Origin: Thermoprotei archaeon
Lineage (GTDB): Archaea; Thermoproteota; Thermoprotei; Gearchaeales; WAQG01
Length of the DNA: 64,000 nucleotides
Assembly (NCBI GenBank): GCA_038881895.1
Contig: JAVZOV010000002.1
Span: 352,208-416,207, forward strand
Direction: 5' to 3'
The first letter of the stretch is position 1. Each line of letters begins with the position of its first letter. Under the pieces are notes generated by a model. It worked only from the letters and a program-made list of their open reading frames with translations. It was not told where the DNA came from and searched no databases. Both the position numbers and the translations under genes were made by a program. Of the stretch, positions 9,946-18,681 are shown piece by piece.

Positions 9946-10338
9946 ATGGTGGTAAAAAATACATTGGCAAACACCCTATCAACATTGTATAACAATGAGC
10001 TACGAGGTAATAGAGAATGTACAATATATCCTGCTTCAAAATTTGTTGCTAGAGTGCTTCAAGTTATGCAACGCAACGGATACATAGGGGTATTTGAACT
10101 TATTGATGATAACAGAGGTGGTAAGTTTAAAGTTCAATTGCTCGGTCGTATTAACAAATGCGGAATTGTCTCTCCCCGCATCTCAGTAAAACATAATGAA
10201 ATTGAAAAATTCGAAGTTAATTATCTTCCATCAAGAGACATAGGTATTATAATTATATCAACACCGCAGGGCATTATGACACATAAAGAGGCTAAAGAGA
10301 AAGGTATTGGAGGGGTGCTGGTGGCATATGTCTATTAG
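9946..10338 (+). CDS. rps8: 30S ribosomal protein uS8
   Basis: Begins MVVKNTLANTLSTLYNNE. ATG 9946 follows AGGTG; the track ORF starts at GTG 9937. Confidence 0.9.
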   Translation: MVVKNTLANTLSTLYNNELRGNRECTIYPASKFVARVLQVMQRNGYIGVFELIDDNRGGKFKVQLLGRINKCGIVSPRISVKHNEIEKFEVNYLPSRDIGIIIISTPQGIMTHKEAKEKGIGGVLVAYVY

Positions 10339-10897
10339 TACAAATATAACAGAATTCGTAAAAATCCATAGCATGAAAATTAAATTACCAGAAAACATAA
10401 CTGCAGAAATTAATGATAAAAAAGTACGAATAAATGGACCGTTAGGATCTATAGAGAAAGATTTTTCACATGCTAAAGTTTCAATTGAGCTCTCAAATAA
10501 TACCATAAATGTTTATAAGTTTATACGAAAAAAACGTGATATTTCAATAGTGAACACAATAGCTTCAAAAATAAAGAATATGATAACAGGTGTAACTCGT
10601 GGATATATTTATAAACTTAAAATAGCATATTCACATTTTCCAATTAATGTGAAAATGCACGGTAATTATGTGTTAATCGAAAACTTTATAGGAGAAAGAG
10701 CGCCTCGGAAAGCACGAATCATAGGAAACGTGAAAATCGATGTAAAAGGAGATGAAATAATAGTAAGCGGAATAGACCTTGATGAAGTGAGTCAAACAGC
10801 TGCAAACATACAACAAGCAACTAAGATTAGAAAGAGAGATCCAAGAAAGTTCCTTGATGGTATATATATAAGTATTAGAGGTGAGCACATAAAATGA
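10328..10897 (+). CDS. rpl6: 50S ribosomal protein uL6
   Basis: uL6-like two-domain protein. ATG 10328 (MSISTNITEF) overlaps the rps8 stop; the track ORF starts further upstream at 10307. Confidence 0.88.
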   Translation: MSISTNITEFVKIHSMKIKLPENITAEINDKKVRINGPLGSIEKDFSHAKVSIELSNNTINVYKFIRKKRDISIVNTIASKIKNMITGVTRGYIYKLKIAYSHFPINVKMHGNYVLIENFIGERAPRKARIIGNVKIDVKGDEIIVSGIDLDEVSQTAANIQQATKIRKRDPRKFLDGIYISIRGEHIK

Positions 10898-11286
10898 AAG
10901 TGCACAAACATTTAGCGAAACTGCGAGCAAAATACAAAAGAGATCTACTTAAATTTTATAGAAGCCCAGACGCTTGGAAAGTTAAAAGATTAATCGATTC
11001 TTCATGGAGAAAACCAAAAGGACAAGATAATAAAATCAGGCTTGAGATCAAAGGATACACACCTAGAGTAAAAATAGGTTATAGAAATATGAAAAAGATT
11101 AGAAGTATTCACCCATCAGGTTATATTGAAGTTTTAGTACATAGAAAGGAAGATTTGGTAGGACTCCAACCAGATAAACATGTAGTAAGAATCGCTGCAA
11201 CAGTAGGAAAATTTAAAAGACTGAGCATTATAGAAGAAGCTAACAAATTAGGACTGCGTGTATTAAATCCAGGTGGTGCTAAATGA
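10894..11286 (+). CDS. rpl32e: 50S ribosomal protein eL32
   Basis: 130 aa with WRKPKGQDNKIR; archaeal slot after rpl6. Confidence 0.9.
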   Translation: MKVHKHLAKLRAKYKRDLLKFYRSPDAWKVKRLIDSSWRKPKGQDNKIRLEIKGYTPRVKIGYRNMKKIRSIHPSGYIEVLVHRKEDLVGLQPDKHVVRIAATVGKFKRLSIIEEANKLGLRVLNPGGAK

Positions 11287-11735
11287 GTCTTGATCATATA
11301 AAAGAATTAGCAGCACGAGAATTAGGCGTTGGTAAAAGCAGAATATGGTTAGATCCGGATGAATTTGATACGCTATCTTCCGTAATATCGAGAGAAGAAA
11401 TTAGGGCTTTAATAAAGAGCGGTGTTATACAAATAAAACAGAAAAAAGGTATAAGTAGAGGAAGAACAAGAATAAGAAAAGCTAAAAAAGCAAAGGGGCT
11501 TAGAAAAGGCCCTGGTAGTAGAAAAGGTCATAAAGCAAACATCGAAAAAAGATTATGGTCTACACGGACCAGAACACTTCGATCATACTTAACAGATCTT
11601 AAAGATAAAAAATTAATCGATGTAAAAACCTATAGATTGCTCAGAAGTTACATCAAAAGTGGCATGTTTAAAAGCAAATCCCAACTTAAAGCTTATCTCT
11701 TAGAACATGATTTGCTAAAAAGAAAAATAAGGTGA
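11283..11735 (+). CDS. rpl19e: 50S ribosomal protein eL19
   Basis: 150 aa with a strongly basic RGRTRIRKAKKAKGLRKGPGSRKG segment; slot after rpl32e. Confidence 0.9.
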   Translation: MSLDHIKELAARELGVGKSRIWLDPDEFDTLSSVISREEIRALIKSGVIQIKQKKGISRGRTRIRKAKKAKGLRKGPGSRKGHKANIEKRLWSTRTRTLRSYLTDLKDKKLIDVKTYRLLRSYIKSGMFKSKSQLKAYLLEHDLLKRKIR

Positions 11736-11739
11736 TCAT

Positions 11740-12348
11740 ATGGTAGTAGGACCCCACTATAGAGTACCGTTCAGAAGAAGACGAGAAGGTAAAACTAATT
11801 ATAGGAAGAGGCTGGGTCTTATAAAATCTGAGAAACCGAGATTCGTAGTAAGAATTACAAACAAACATATAATAGCCCAACTTATACAGGCTTTTCCAGA
11901 CCATGACAAAGTGATCATATCATCTTCCTCAAAAGAGCTCCTTAAACGCTTTGGTTGGAAAGGAGATGAAAATAACTTGCCAGCATCGTATCTTGTAGGA
12001 TTAATATGCGGTTATAAAGCGTTAGCAAAAGGCGTAAAGACCGCAGTACCAGACATTGGTTTATACACTCCCACAAAAGGAGCTAAAGTATTTGCCATAC
12101 TAATGGGAGCTAGAGATGCTGGTTTAGAAATACCTACAGGAGAAGAGGTCCTACCAAGTGAAGAAAGATTAAAAGGTGAACACATAGCTAAGTATGCTTT
12201 ACTATTAAAAGAAAAAGATCCTCAACGTTATGAGAAACATTTTTCAAGATACATAATTCGTGGATTAAAACCTGAAGATCTACCACAACATTTCGAAGAA
12301 ACAAAGAAAATTATTATTAAGGAGTTTAGTAATGCTAAAGAGGGTTGA
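11740..12348 (+). CDS. rpl18: 50S ribosomal protein uL18
   Basis: 202 aa with YRVPFRRRREGKTNYRKR. Confidence 0.92.
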   Translation: MVVGPHYRVPFRRRREGKTNYRKRLGLIKSEKPRFVVRITNKHIIAQLIQAFPDHDKVIISSSSKELLKRFGWKGDENNLPASYLVGLICGYKALAKGVKTAVPDIGLYTPTKGAKVFAILMGARDAGLEIPTGEEVLPSEERLKGEHIAKYALLLKEKDPQRYEKHFSRYIIRGLKPEDLPQHFEETKKIIIKEFSNAKEG

Positions 12349-12353
12349 TAAAA

Positions 12354-12968
12354 GTGTCTGCAAACATTGAAGAGTGGGCACCAAAAACAAAGCTTGGTCA
12401 AATGGTTAAAGATGGTAAAATAACAAGACTTGAAGAAATATTTGAAAATAATCTAAAAATTAAAGAACCAGAAATTGTAGCAACACTATTACCCAACTTA
12501 AAACACGAAGTAATAACGGTAAACTATGTTCAACGACAAACAGATGCTGGAGAAATAGGTAGCTTCAGGGTACTTGTAGTAGTCGGTGATGAAAACGGAC
12601 ATTTAGGCATAGGAATAGGTAAATCAAGACAAATGAGAATAGCCATTAACAAAGCCTTTAATAATGCATTACTAAACACAGTACCCGTGTTAAGGGGATG
12701 TGGTAGCTGGGAATGCTCATGCACAAGACCACACAGTGTTCCATTCAAAGTTACAGGCAAGAGTGGGAGTGTTAAGATAGCAATTTATCCAGCTCCAAGA
12801 GGATTAGGATTGGTTGCAGGCGAAATAGTTAAATTAGTAATGTCAATGGCTGGAATACAAGATGCATGGACAAGATCTAGCGGTGAGACACGAACAACAT
12901 TAAATCTTGCATTAGCAACCTATAACGCATTAAAATCAACATACAAATTTAACATAATGCGAGGCTGA
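12354..12968 (+). CDS. rps5: 30S ribosomal protein uS5
   Basis: uS5 dsRBD and C-terminal domain. Start is uncertain between TTG 12345 (track) and GTG 12354. Confidence 0.88.
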   Translation: MSANIEEWAPKTKLGQMVKDGKITRLEEIFENNLKIKEPEIVATLLPNLKHEVITVNYVQRQTDAGEIGSFRVLVVVGDENGHLGIGIGKSRQMRIAINKAFNNALLNTVPVLRGCGSWECSCTRPHSVPFKVTGKSGSVKIAIYPAPRGLGLVAGEIVKLVMSMAGIQDAWTRSSGETRTTLNLALATYNALKSTYKFNIMRG

Positions 12969-12971
12969 ATA

Positions 12972-13442
12972 ATGATGGGATTATTAGCGATTATACGAAT
13001 AAGAGGAACTGTTAATATGAACAGTAAAGAGGAAACCGCGTTAAAAATTTTGAGATTGCATAAAAGAAACCACACTACACTAGTTAGCAACACACCGCAA
13101 ATGATAGGAATACTCAAGACAGCGTGGAAATATATAACATGGGGTGAGATAGATAAAACAACATTACAACTTCTGCTCATTAAACGAGGAAGAAAAGTGG
13201 GTAATAAACCCCTTACAGAGAACGATATAAAGAGTATAGGGTTTAACGGATTTGAAGATTTAGCACAAGCACTTTTAGAAGGAAAAGTAAAACTCAAAGA
13301 TCTAAAAATAATAAAACCAGTGTTTAGACTGCACCCACCTAGGAAAGGTTTTAAGAGATCAGTAAAAAAGATGTATACTGACGGAGGAGAACTAGGTTAC
13401 AGAGGATCTAAAATAAACGAACTTCTCTTACGCATGATATAA
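12972..13442 (+). CDS. rpl30: 50S ribosomal protein uL30
   Basis: 156 aa with LAIIRIRGTVNM; slot after rps5. Confidence 0.9.
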   Translation: MMGLLAIIRIRGTVNMNSKEETALKILRLHKRNHTTLVSNTPQMIGILKTAWKYITWGEIDKTTLQLLLIKRGRKVGNKPLTENDIKSIGFNGFEDLAQALLEGKVKLKDLKIIKPVFRLHPPRKGFKRSVKKMYTDGGELGYRGSKINELLLRMI

Positions 13443-13551
13443 CATTCATTTATAACTGAGAGTATAACTGAGCTGAGTTTCGTTTTAAGTGGAGAATAAG
13501 TTAATTTATAAGTAAGGTTGTTATAAAAATAAATTAAAGTGGTGTAGAATT

Positions 13552-13995
13552 GTGAGCATAAGAAGAGAAAAAAAGATTCGAAAAATGAGAGGATCACGCA
13601 CTCACGGATGGGGAATACAAGGCCAACATAGGAGATCCGGTAGAAAAGGTGGTAGAGGAAAAGCTGGAAGAAAAAGCGGAAAACATAAATGGTCATGGGT
13701 TCTAAAATACCAGCCAGACTACTTTGGAAAACACGGTTTTCATCCAATCCCTAAAGGTATAGCCAGAACAATAAATGTTGGAGAATTAGACGAATTAGTC
13801 GAAATATTGGTTAACAAAGGACTAGCTATTAAATCCGAAAAAGGTATTGAAATTGACCTTACAAAATTAGGAATTAACAAAATGCTAGGGTCAGGAAAAG
13901 TTACAAAACCTCTAATCATTAAAGGAGTTGAGGATGCAAGCAAATTAGCCGAAGAAAAAATAATAGCTGCAGGTGGAACTATAATAAAAGAATAA
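13552..13995 (+). CDS. rpl15: 50S ribosomal protein uL15
   Basis: 147 aa with RGSRTHGWG and GRKGGRGKAGRK. GTG start follows GTGGTG. Confidence 0.9.
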   Translation: MSIRREKKIRKMRGSRTHGWGIQGQHRRSGRKGGRGKAGRKSGKHKWSWVLKYQPDYFGKHGFHPIPKGIARTINVGELDELVEILVNKGLAIKSEKGIEIDLTKLGINKMLGSGKVTKPLIIKGVEDASKLAEEKIIAAGGTIIKE

Positions 13996-14009
13996 GGAGG
14001 GTCAAATAA

Positions 14010-15458
14010 TTGGGAGCTCTACAAATTTTAGATCCCATAATCAAACGATTACCAGAGGTAGCAAAACCTAGCAGACCAGTAAGTTTTAAAGGAAAGTTGG
14101 CATGGACAACAATAGTCCTTACAGTTTACCTAGTAATGGGACAAATACCATTGTATCCCTTAAACTATTCTACAAATCCAGCATTTCAAGGGCCACAAAT
14201 TGCATTAATGAGTATAGTATTTGCATCGAAAATCGGCACTCTAATGCAATTAGGTGTAGGCCCAATAGTGACTGCAGGATTAATTATGCAGTTGCTAGTA
14301 GGCTCAAAACTCATTAACATGGATTTAACTGATCCCACACAAAAAGCCTTATTCACAGGAGCCCAAAAGCTCTTGGCAATAGTATTTGCTGCATTTGAAG
14401 CAACAGCTTATATTTTTGGAGGGTTCTTTGGCGCAGCCCCCTCAGGTTATTCATATCCACTTTTTGCTACACTTATTTTCACACAACTCTTTATCGCCGG
14501 TATATTAGTAATATATCTGGATGAAATCCTTGAGAAGGGTTGGGGTTTTGGGAGTGCAGTTAGTCTCTTTATATTAGCTGGAATAACGCAGCAGATTTTC
14601 AGCGAATTATTAAATCCAATATCTGTTGGTGATGGTCTTGCTTATGGCATTCTCTGGGCATTAGGATCTAGTATATCAAATAGTACAGCACTTCACTATA
14701 TTATCATACGCGGTGGATCATGGCCGTCAATTGTAGGATTAATAACTACAATTATAGTTTTAATAATAGTAACTTATGCGACCGGAGCAAGAGTTGAAAT
14801 CCCAATAGCCTATGCTAGATATGGTGGAATGAGAACAAAAATACCGCTCCAATTTCTTTATGTGTCTAACATACCTATAATACTTGCGTCAGCACTAAAC
14901 GCAAATATCATATTCTTCTCACAATTTTTATGGAGAATGTATAATCCAGGAAATAGTAACCCAATACTCAATCTGTTTTTCCAATTCACATACGCACCAA
15001 ATGCAACACAACCAACACCATCAGGAGGCCTTATATATTATATGACACCACCAAGAGGACTTATTAACGCTGTATCAGATCCGTTGCATGCTGTTGGATA
15101 TGTTGTTATATTGGCATTATTATCTATAATATTTGCAATAGCATGGGTAAATACATCTGGTATGGATGCGCACAGTCAAGCCGAAAACCTAGTTCGTTCT
15201 GGAATACAAATACCAGGGTTCAGATCAAGTGTACAAGTTATTGAAAGCATGTTAAACCGCTATATACCAACCCTCACATGGTTCAGCGGTCTCATAGTAG
15301 GATTATTAGCAGCTTTCGCTGATATACTCGGAGCCTTAGGTACTGGAATGGGAATATTACTTGCAGTAGGTATTATAAACCAGTTCTATCAAATACTAGC
15401 AGCACAAAGATTAGAGGAAGAATATCCCGCAGTGGCTAGAATATTAGGATTAAGGTGA
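14010..15458 (+). CDS. secY: Preprotein translocase subunit SecY
   Basis: 482 aa, about 10 TM segments, canonical position after rpl15. TTG start follows GGAGGG. Confidence 0.93.
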   Translation: MGALQILDPIIKRLPEVAKPSRPVSFKGKLAWTTIVLTVYLVMGQIPLYPLNYSTNPAFQGPQIALMSIVFASKIGTLMQLGVGPIVTAGLIMQLLVGSKLINMDLTDPTQKALFTGAQKLLAIVFAAFEATAYIFGGFFGAAPSGYSYPLFATLIFTQLFIAGILVIYLDEILEKGWGFGSAVSLFILAGITQQIFSELLNPISVGDGLAYGILWALGSSISNSTALHYIIIRGGSWPSIVGLITTIIVLIIVTYATGARVEIPIAYARYGGMRTKIPLQFLYVSNIPIILASALNANIIFFSQFLWRMYNPGNSNPILNLFFQFTYAPNATQPTPSGGLIYYMTPPRGLINAVSDPLHAVGYVVILALLSIIFAIAWVNTSGMDAHSQAENLVRSGIQIPGFRSSVQVIESMLNRYIPTLTWFSGLIVGLLAAFADILGALGTGMGILLAVGIINQFYQILAAQRLEEEYPAVARILGLR

Positions 15459-15463
15459 TCTTT

Positions 15464-15958
15464 ATGTATCCTTTAATACTTGAAAGCGTTTCTGATTATA
15501 TTAAAGGCATCTTAGGAATATGGGCGCACCCACCATTAGCATCAATAATAGTGCTTTTACTTGCTACATTAATACCATTGATATCATACTCGATAACCAG
15601 AATGGTCGTAGGGGACATAAATAAATACAAACTGCTTCAAAGAGAAATCATGTCTCTCAATAGAGAGATACAAGAAGAATTAAGAAAAGTTAGGGATCCT
15701 AAATTAATCCCAAAAAAGAAAATGGAACGATTAAATGAATTACAAGCCAAAGTATTTAAATATTCCATGATGAACATGATCATCATGTTACCAATCTTCT
15801 GGATAATATGGATAATATTTTCAAATATATTTGGCGTTGAACCAATGGTATACTTCCCGCTTCTTAACGCAGTTCTTCCGTTCTATTGGTGGTACATGAT
15901 CTGTGCATTTGGAATAGGAGCAATCATTTATAAGTTACTTGGTTTACAACCACCATAG
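15464..15958 (+). CDS. DUF106/EMC3-type membrane protein (archaeal Oxa1/YidC-like insertase candidate)
   Basis: TM, charged coiled segment (REIQEELRKVRDPK...KKKMERLNELQ), then two TMs. Position between secY and rpl34e as in other Crenarchaeota. ATG 15464 follows AAGGTGA. Confidence 0.6.
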   Translation: MYPLILESVSDYIKGILGIWAHPPLASIIVLLLATLIPLISYSITRMVVGDINKYKLLQREIMSLNREIQEELRKVRDPKLIPKKKMERLNELQAKVFKYSMMNMIIMLPIFWIIWIIFSNIFGVEPMVYFPLLNAVLPFYWWYMICAFGIGAIIYKLLGLQPP

Positions 15959-15968
15959 GTGAAACACC

Positions 15969-16235
15969 TTGCCCAGGCCAGCGTTAAGAACACATTCAAG
16001 AGCAAAGGTTAAAGTAAGAACTCCAAGTGGAAAAACTTCACTACACGTTAGACCAAGAAACACTGAGAAAGCTCGATGTATAATTTGTAATAAACCTTTA
16101 CACGGAACACATGTCAGTTTAAAAGCTAGAAAAATGGCCTTAAGCGAGAAAAGGCCTAGCAGACCTTATGGCGGATATATTTGCTCAACGTGTTTAAGTA
16201 ATCTGATTTCTGCCAAAGTAAGAGCATCTTACTGA
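15969..16235 (+). CDS. rpl34e: 50S ribosomal protein eL34
   Basis: 88 aa with RTHSRAKVKVRTPSGK...CIICNKPLHG. TTG start follows AGGTGA. Confidence 0.88.
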   Translation: MPRPALRTHSRAKVKVRTPSGKTSLHVRPRNTEKARCIICNKPLHGTHVSLKARKMALSEKRPSRPYGGYICSTCLSNLISAKVRASY

Positions 16236-16245
16236 GGTCTTAACG

Positions 16246-16791
16246 ATGCAGCCATTAGTTATTGCAGTTAGCGGGCCTCCAGGTTCGGGAAAATCAACCT
16301 ATGCACAAACTATAGCTTATAAATTTAACTTAAAATATTTTTCTGCAGGAGCAATCTTCAGACAAATCGCTAAAGAAATGAGCGTAACATTCGCAGAATT
16401 GCATCAGATTGCTATGTCAAATTTTGACATTGATAAAAGAGTTGATGAGACAGTAATTAGTGAAGCAAAGAAAGGAAACATTGTTATAGATTCTCACTTG
16501 GGTGCATGGTTACTAAAAGACATCGCTGATATTAAAATATACGTTACGGCACCATTAGAGATTAGGATCGCAAGAATTAGTAAAAGGGATAATATAAGCA
16601 TAGAAGATGCGAAAAAAATAGTAAAACATCGAGAAGAAATAAATGCAAAACGTTTTAAGATGTTCTATAACATTGATATAAATGATCTATCTATCTTCGA
16701 TCTAATGATAAATACCGCACTATGGAATGAAGAATTCATAGCATCAACATTGATAAGTGCTATAAAAAATCTAAACAAAATAAGAGCATAG
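16246..16791 (+). CDS. cmk: Cytidylate kinase, archaeal type
   Basis: 181 aa with P-loop AVSGPPGSGKST; conserved rpl34e-cmk-rpl14e order. Confidence 0.8.
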   Translation: MQPLVIAVSGPPGSGKSTYAQTIAYKFNLKYFSAGAIFRQIAKEMSVTFAELHQIAMSNFDIDKRVDETVISEAKKGNIVIDSHLGAWLLKDIADIKIYVTAPLEIRIARISKRDNISIEDAKKIVKHREEINAKRFKMFYNIDINDLSIFDLMINTALWNEEFIASTLISAIKNLNKIRA

Positions 16792-16814
16792 TTTTTATTT
16801 AGAATTTTACATAA

Positions 16815-17045
16815 AATTCGACAGGAAGGCTTACTGTTTTAACCGTGGGATGAATTGTTGGAAAGCTTAAATACGTTATCAGAACTATATAGTTTTTCAA
16901 CGAGCCACTCCCAAGCAGACTATGGGTTATATATCCATGCAGAGGGCTGGTTGTGCAAATCCCAGAACTCAGTACGATGAAACCTCAAGCAGAGCAACAG
17001 AGAACCCCCATTTCAGTAGTGGAGCATGCCAAATCTCAGATCATT
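16815..17045. repeat. Orphan GC-rich IS-associated module, paralogous (inverted) to 780-1200
   Basis: Starts with GAAGGCTTACTGTTTTAACCGTGGGATGAATTG, also seen at 54005-54037 and inverted at 1160-1193. 16961-16980 is the exact reverse complement of 971-990. No ORF. Confidence 0.55.
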
Positions 17046-17142
17046 TTAGTGTGGTTTAACTATATTACATAAGTAAAATTGATTTTATTGAGGGTAAATT
17101 TATAAACATGATTAAGTTGTTGATTTAAGTTAGGTGAGAAAA

Positions 17143-17421
17143 ATGCCTATAATAAATGTAGGATCAATCTGTGTAAAAAATAGAGGAAGAGAGGCTGGTC
17201 GAAAGTGCGTAGTAATAGATATAATAGATGAAAACTTTGTTTACATTACTGGTCCAAAAAGTCTTACAGGTGTAAGGAGAAGAAAAGCTAACGTAAAACA
17301 TTTAGAAGTTACGCAATTGAAAATAGATATAAAAAGAAGAGCTACTGATGAAGAAGTACTAAAAGCATTAGAATCGGCAAAATTAATTGATGAAATGAAA
17401 ACTCCTATTAAGGTTGGTTAA
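17143..17421 (+). CDS. rpl14e: 50S ribosomal protein eL14
   Basis: KOW-like GSICVKNRGREAGRKCVVIDIID. ATG 17143 follows AGGTGA; the track ORF starts at GTG 17134. Confidence 0.88.
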   Translation: MPIINVGSICVKNRGREAGRKCVVIDIIDENFVYITGPKSLTGVRRRKANVKHLEVTQLKIDIKRRATDEEVLKALESAKLIDEMKTPIKVG

Positions 17422-18429
17422 TGATGAAATACATCGAAAGAATTCTCAGTGAAGCAGATATTGTAAAAGCAAAAGAACCTGATAGAGGATTTGGAATATC
17501 GCCATATGAACGCCCTATCGAAGAATATTTATTAAAAGGTTTCATACTTTTAGACAAACCAAGGGGTCCCTCAAGTCATGAAGTAGTAGCATGGATAAAA
17601 AAGATAATGAACATTAAAGCCGGACACGGGGGAACCCTAGAGCAGGAAAAAGCGGGGAAACCCCAAAGTGTCCGGTATACTTCCTATAGGTCTTGGAAAA
17701 GGCACAAAACTAGTTAAAGTATTATCAAATAGTGGTAAAGAGTATGTATGTCTTGCAAGACTCCATGGTGATGTAGATGAGAATGAGATCAGGAAAGTCA
17801 TCAACCTATTCAAAGGAAAAATTTATCAACGTCCGCCAGTCAGATCGTCAGTAAAAAGGATCCTCCGCACTAGGACCATATATTCTATCGACATATTAGA
17901 AATAAAAGAGAGGAATGTACTCTTGAGAGTCAAATGTGAGGCAGGAACATACATGAGAAAACTATGCTATGATATAGGAGAAATACTGGGAGTTGGTGCC
18001 CACATGGATGAATTAAGGAGAACAGGAGTAGGACATTTTAATGAAAACGATGAAAGATTGGTTACACTCCATGAAGTATTAGGAGCTTACACGCTTTGGA
18101 AAGAGCAGAAATATGAAGACGAGCTTAGAAGAGTTGTGAGGCCAATGGAAGAAATAGTAACTAACTTTCCACCAATAATAATTAGAGACAGTGCAGTAGA
18201 TGCGATAGCGCATGGTGCAAGCTTAGCAGCACCAGGAATTCTAACAATCAGTAGTAAAATAAATCGTGATAGTGTAACAGCATTATATACAAAAAAAGGA
18301 GAATTAGTAGCCATAGCAAAAGCACTATATTCAGCAAAAGAAATAGTTGAAATGGAATCAGGATTAGTAGCAAAACCTCTTAGAATTTTTATGGAAGCAG
18401 GAAAATATCCATCATGGAAGTCCGATTAA
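17421..18429 (+). CDS. cbf5: Pseudouridine synthase Cbf5 (H/ACA RNP catalytic subunit), interrupted by a 19-nt intron: join(17421..17640,17660..18429)
   Basis: Two track ORFs in different frames (17421..17717 and 17668..18429) carry the N- and C-terminal parts of TruB/Cbf5, ending in a C-terminal region consistent with a PUA domain. Removing 19 nt restores AGHGGTLDPKVSGILPIGLGKGTKL. Confidence 0.88.
17641..17659 (+). other. Predicted BHB-type intron in cbf5 pre-mRNA (boundaries can slide by 1 nt: 17641-17659 or 17642-17660)
   Basis: Frame shift of +1 between the exons. Excision gives CTA GAC CCC (L-D-P). A relaxed bulge-helix-bulge can be drawn: ccct 17635-38 / gggg 17654-57, with bulges aga 17639-41 and aaa 17658-60. 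Confidence 0.6.
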
Positions 18430-18681
18430 TTACTTAATAATGTTATTCTAACTGATTATTTTATAACCTATAAACCTCTATTTTAGCTAACTACTTTATT
18501 ATCAGAGTGTAAAAATTTATTATTTTTAGAAAATCTATTGAGCACGCAATGCGAGATCGAATATAATAGTAATAATTTAATATATATTAGATATGCTAGT
18601 ATGTGTAGCACATGTATTTGATAGATTTATACCAATAGATAAATATTTATTACTACATTTATATCTCTACTATGAGTGATA

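Noticed and set aside
2624-13747. Numerous antisense or overlapping ORFs inside ribosomal protein genes (2624..2932, 3307..3711, 3742..4110, 5514..5714, 6139..6669, 7743..8060, 9012..9209, 9316..9567, 10258..10506, 10673..10930, 11686..11904, 12530..12760, 12920..13297, 13397..13747, and others)
   Set aside because: They lie on the opposite strand or in an alternative frame of strongly supported conserved genes, have skewed low-complexity composition, and lack SD or promoter signals.
17621-17674. Alternative fold in cbf5: 7-bp helix cggacac/gtgtccg, bulge aaa (17665-67), 4-bp helix gggg/cccc, loop, then helix ccct/gggg. This would imply a roughly 33-nt intron.
   Set aside because: Excising 33 nt would not correct the +1 frame difference and would delete the catalytic GTLD motif. 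The inner junction is also an internal loop rather than a clean bulge.
17421-17717. Treating 17421..17717 and 17668..18429 as two independent genes
   Set aside because: Neither half is a complete pseudouridine synthase. The tail EQEKAGKPQSVRYTSYRSWKRHKTS of the first ORF and the GTG start of the second are artefacts of reading through the intron.
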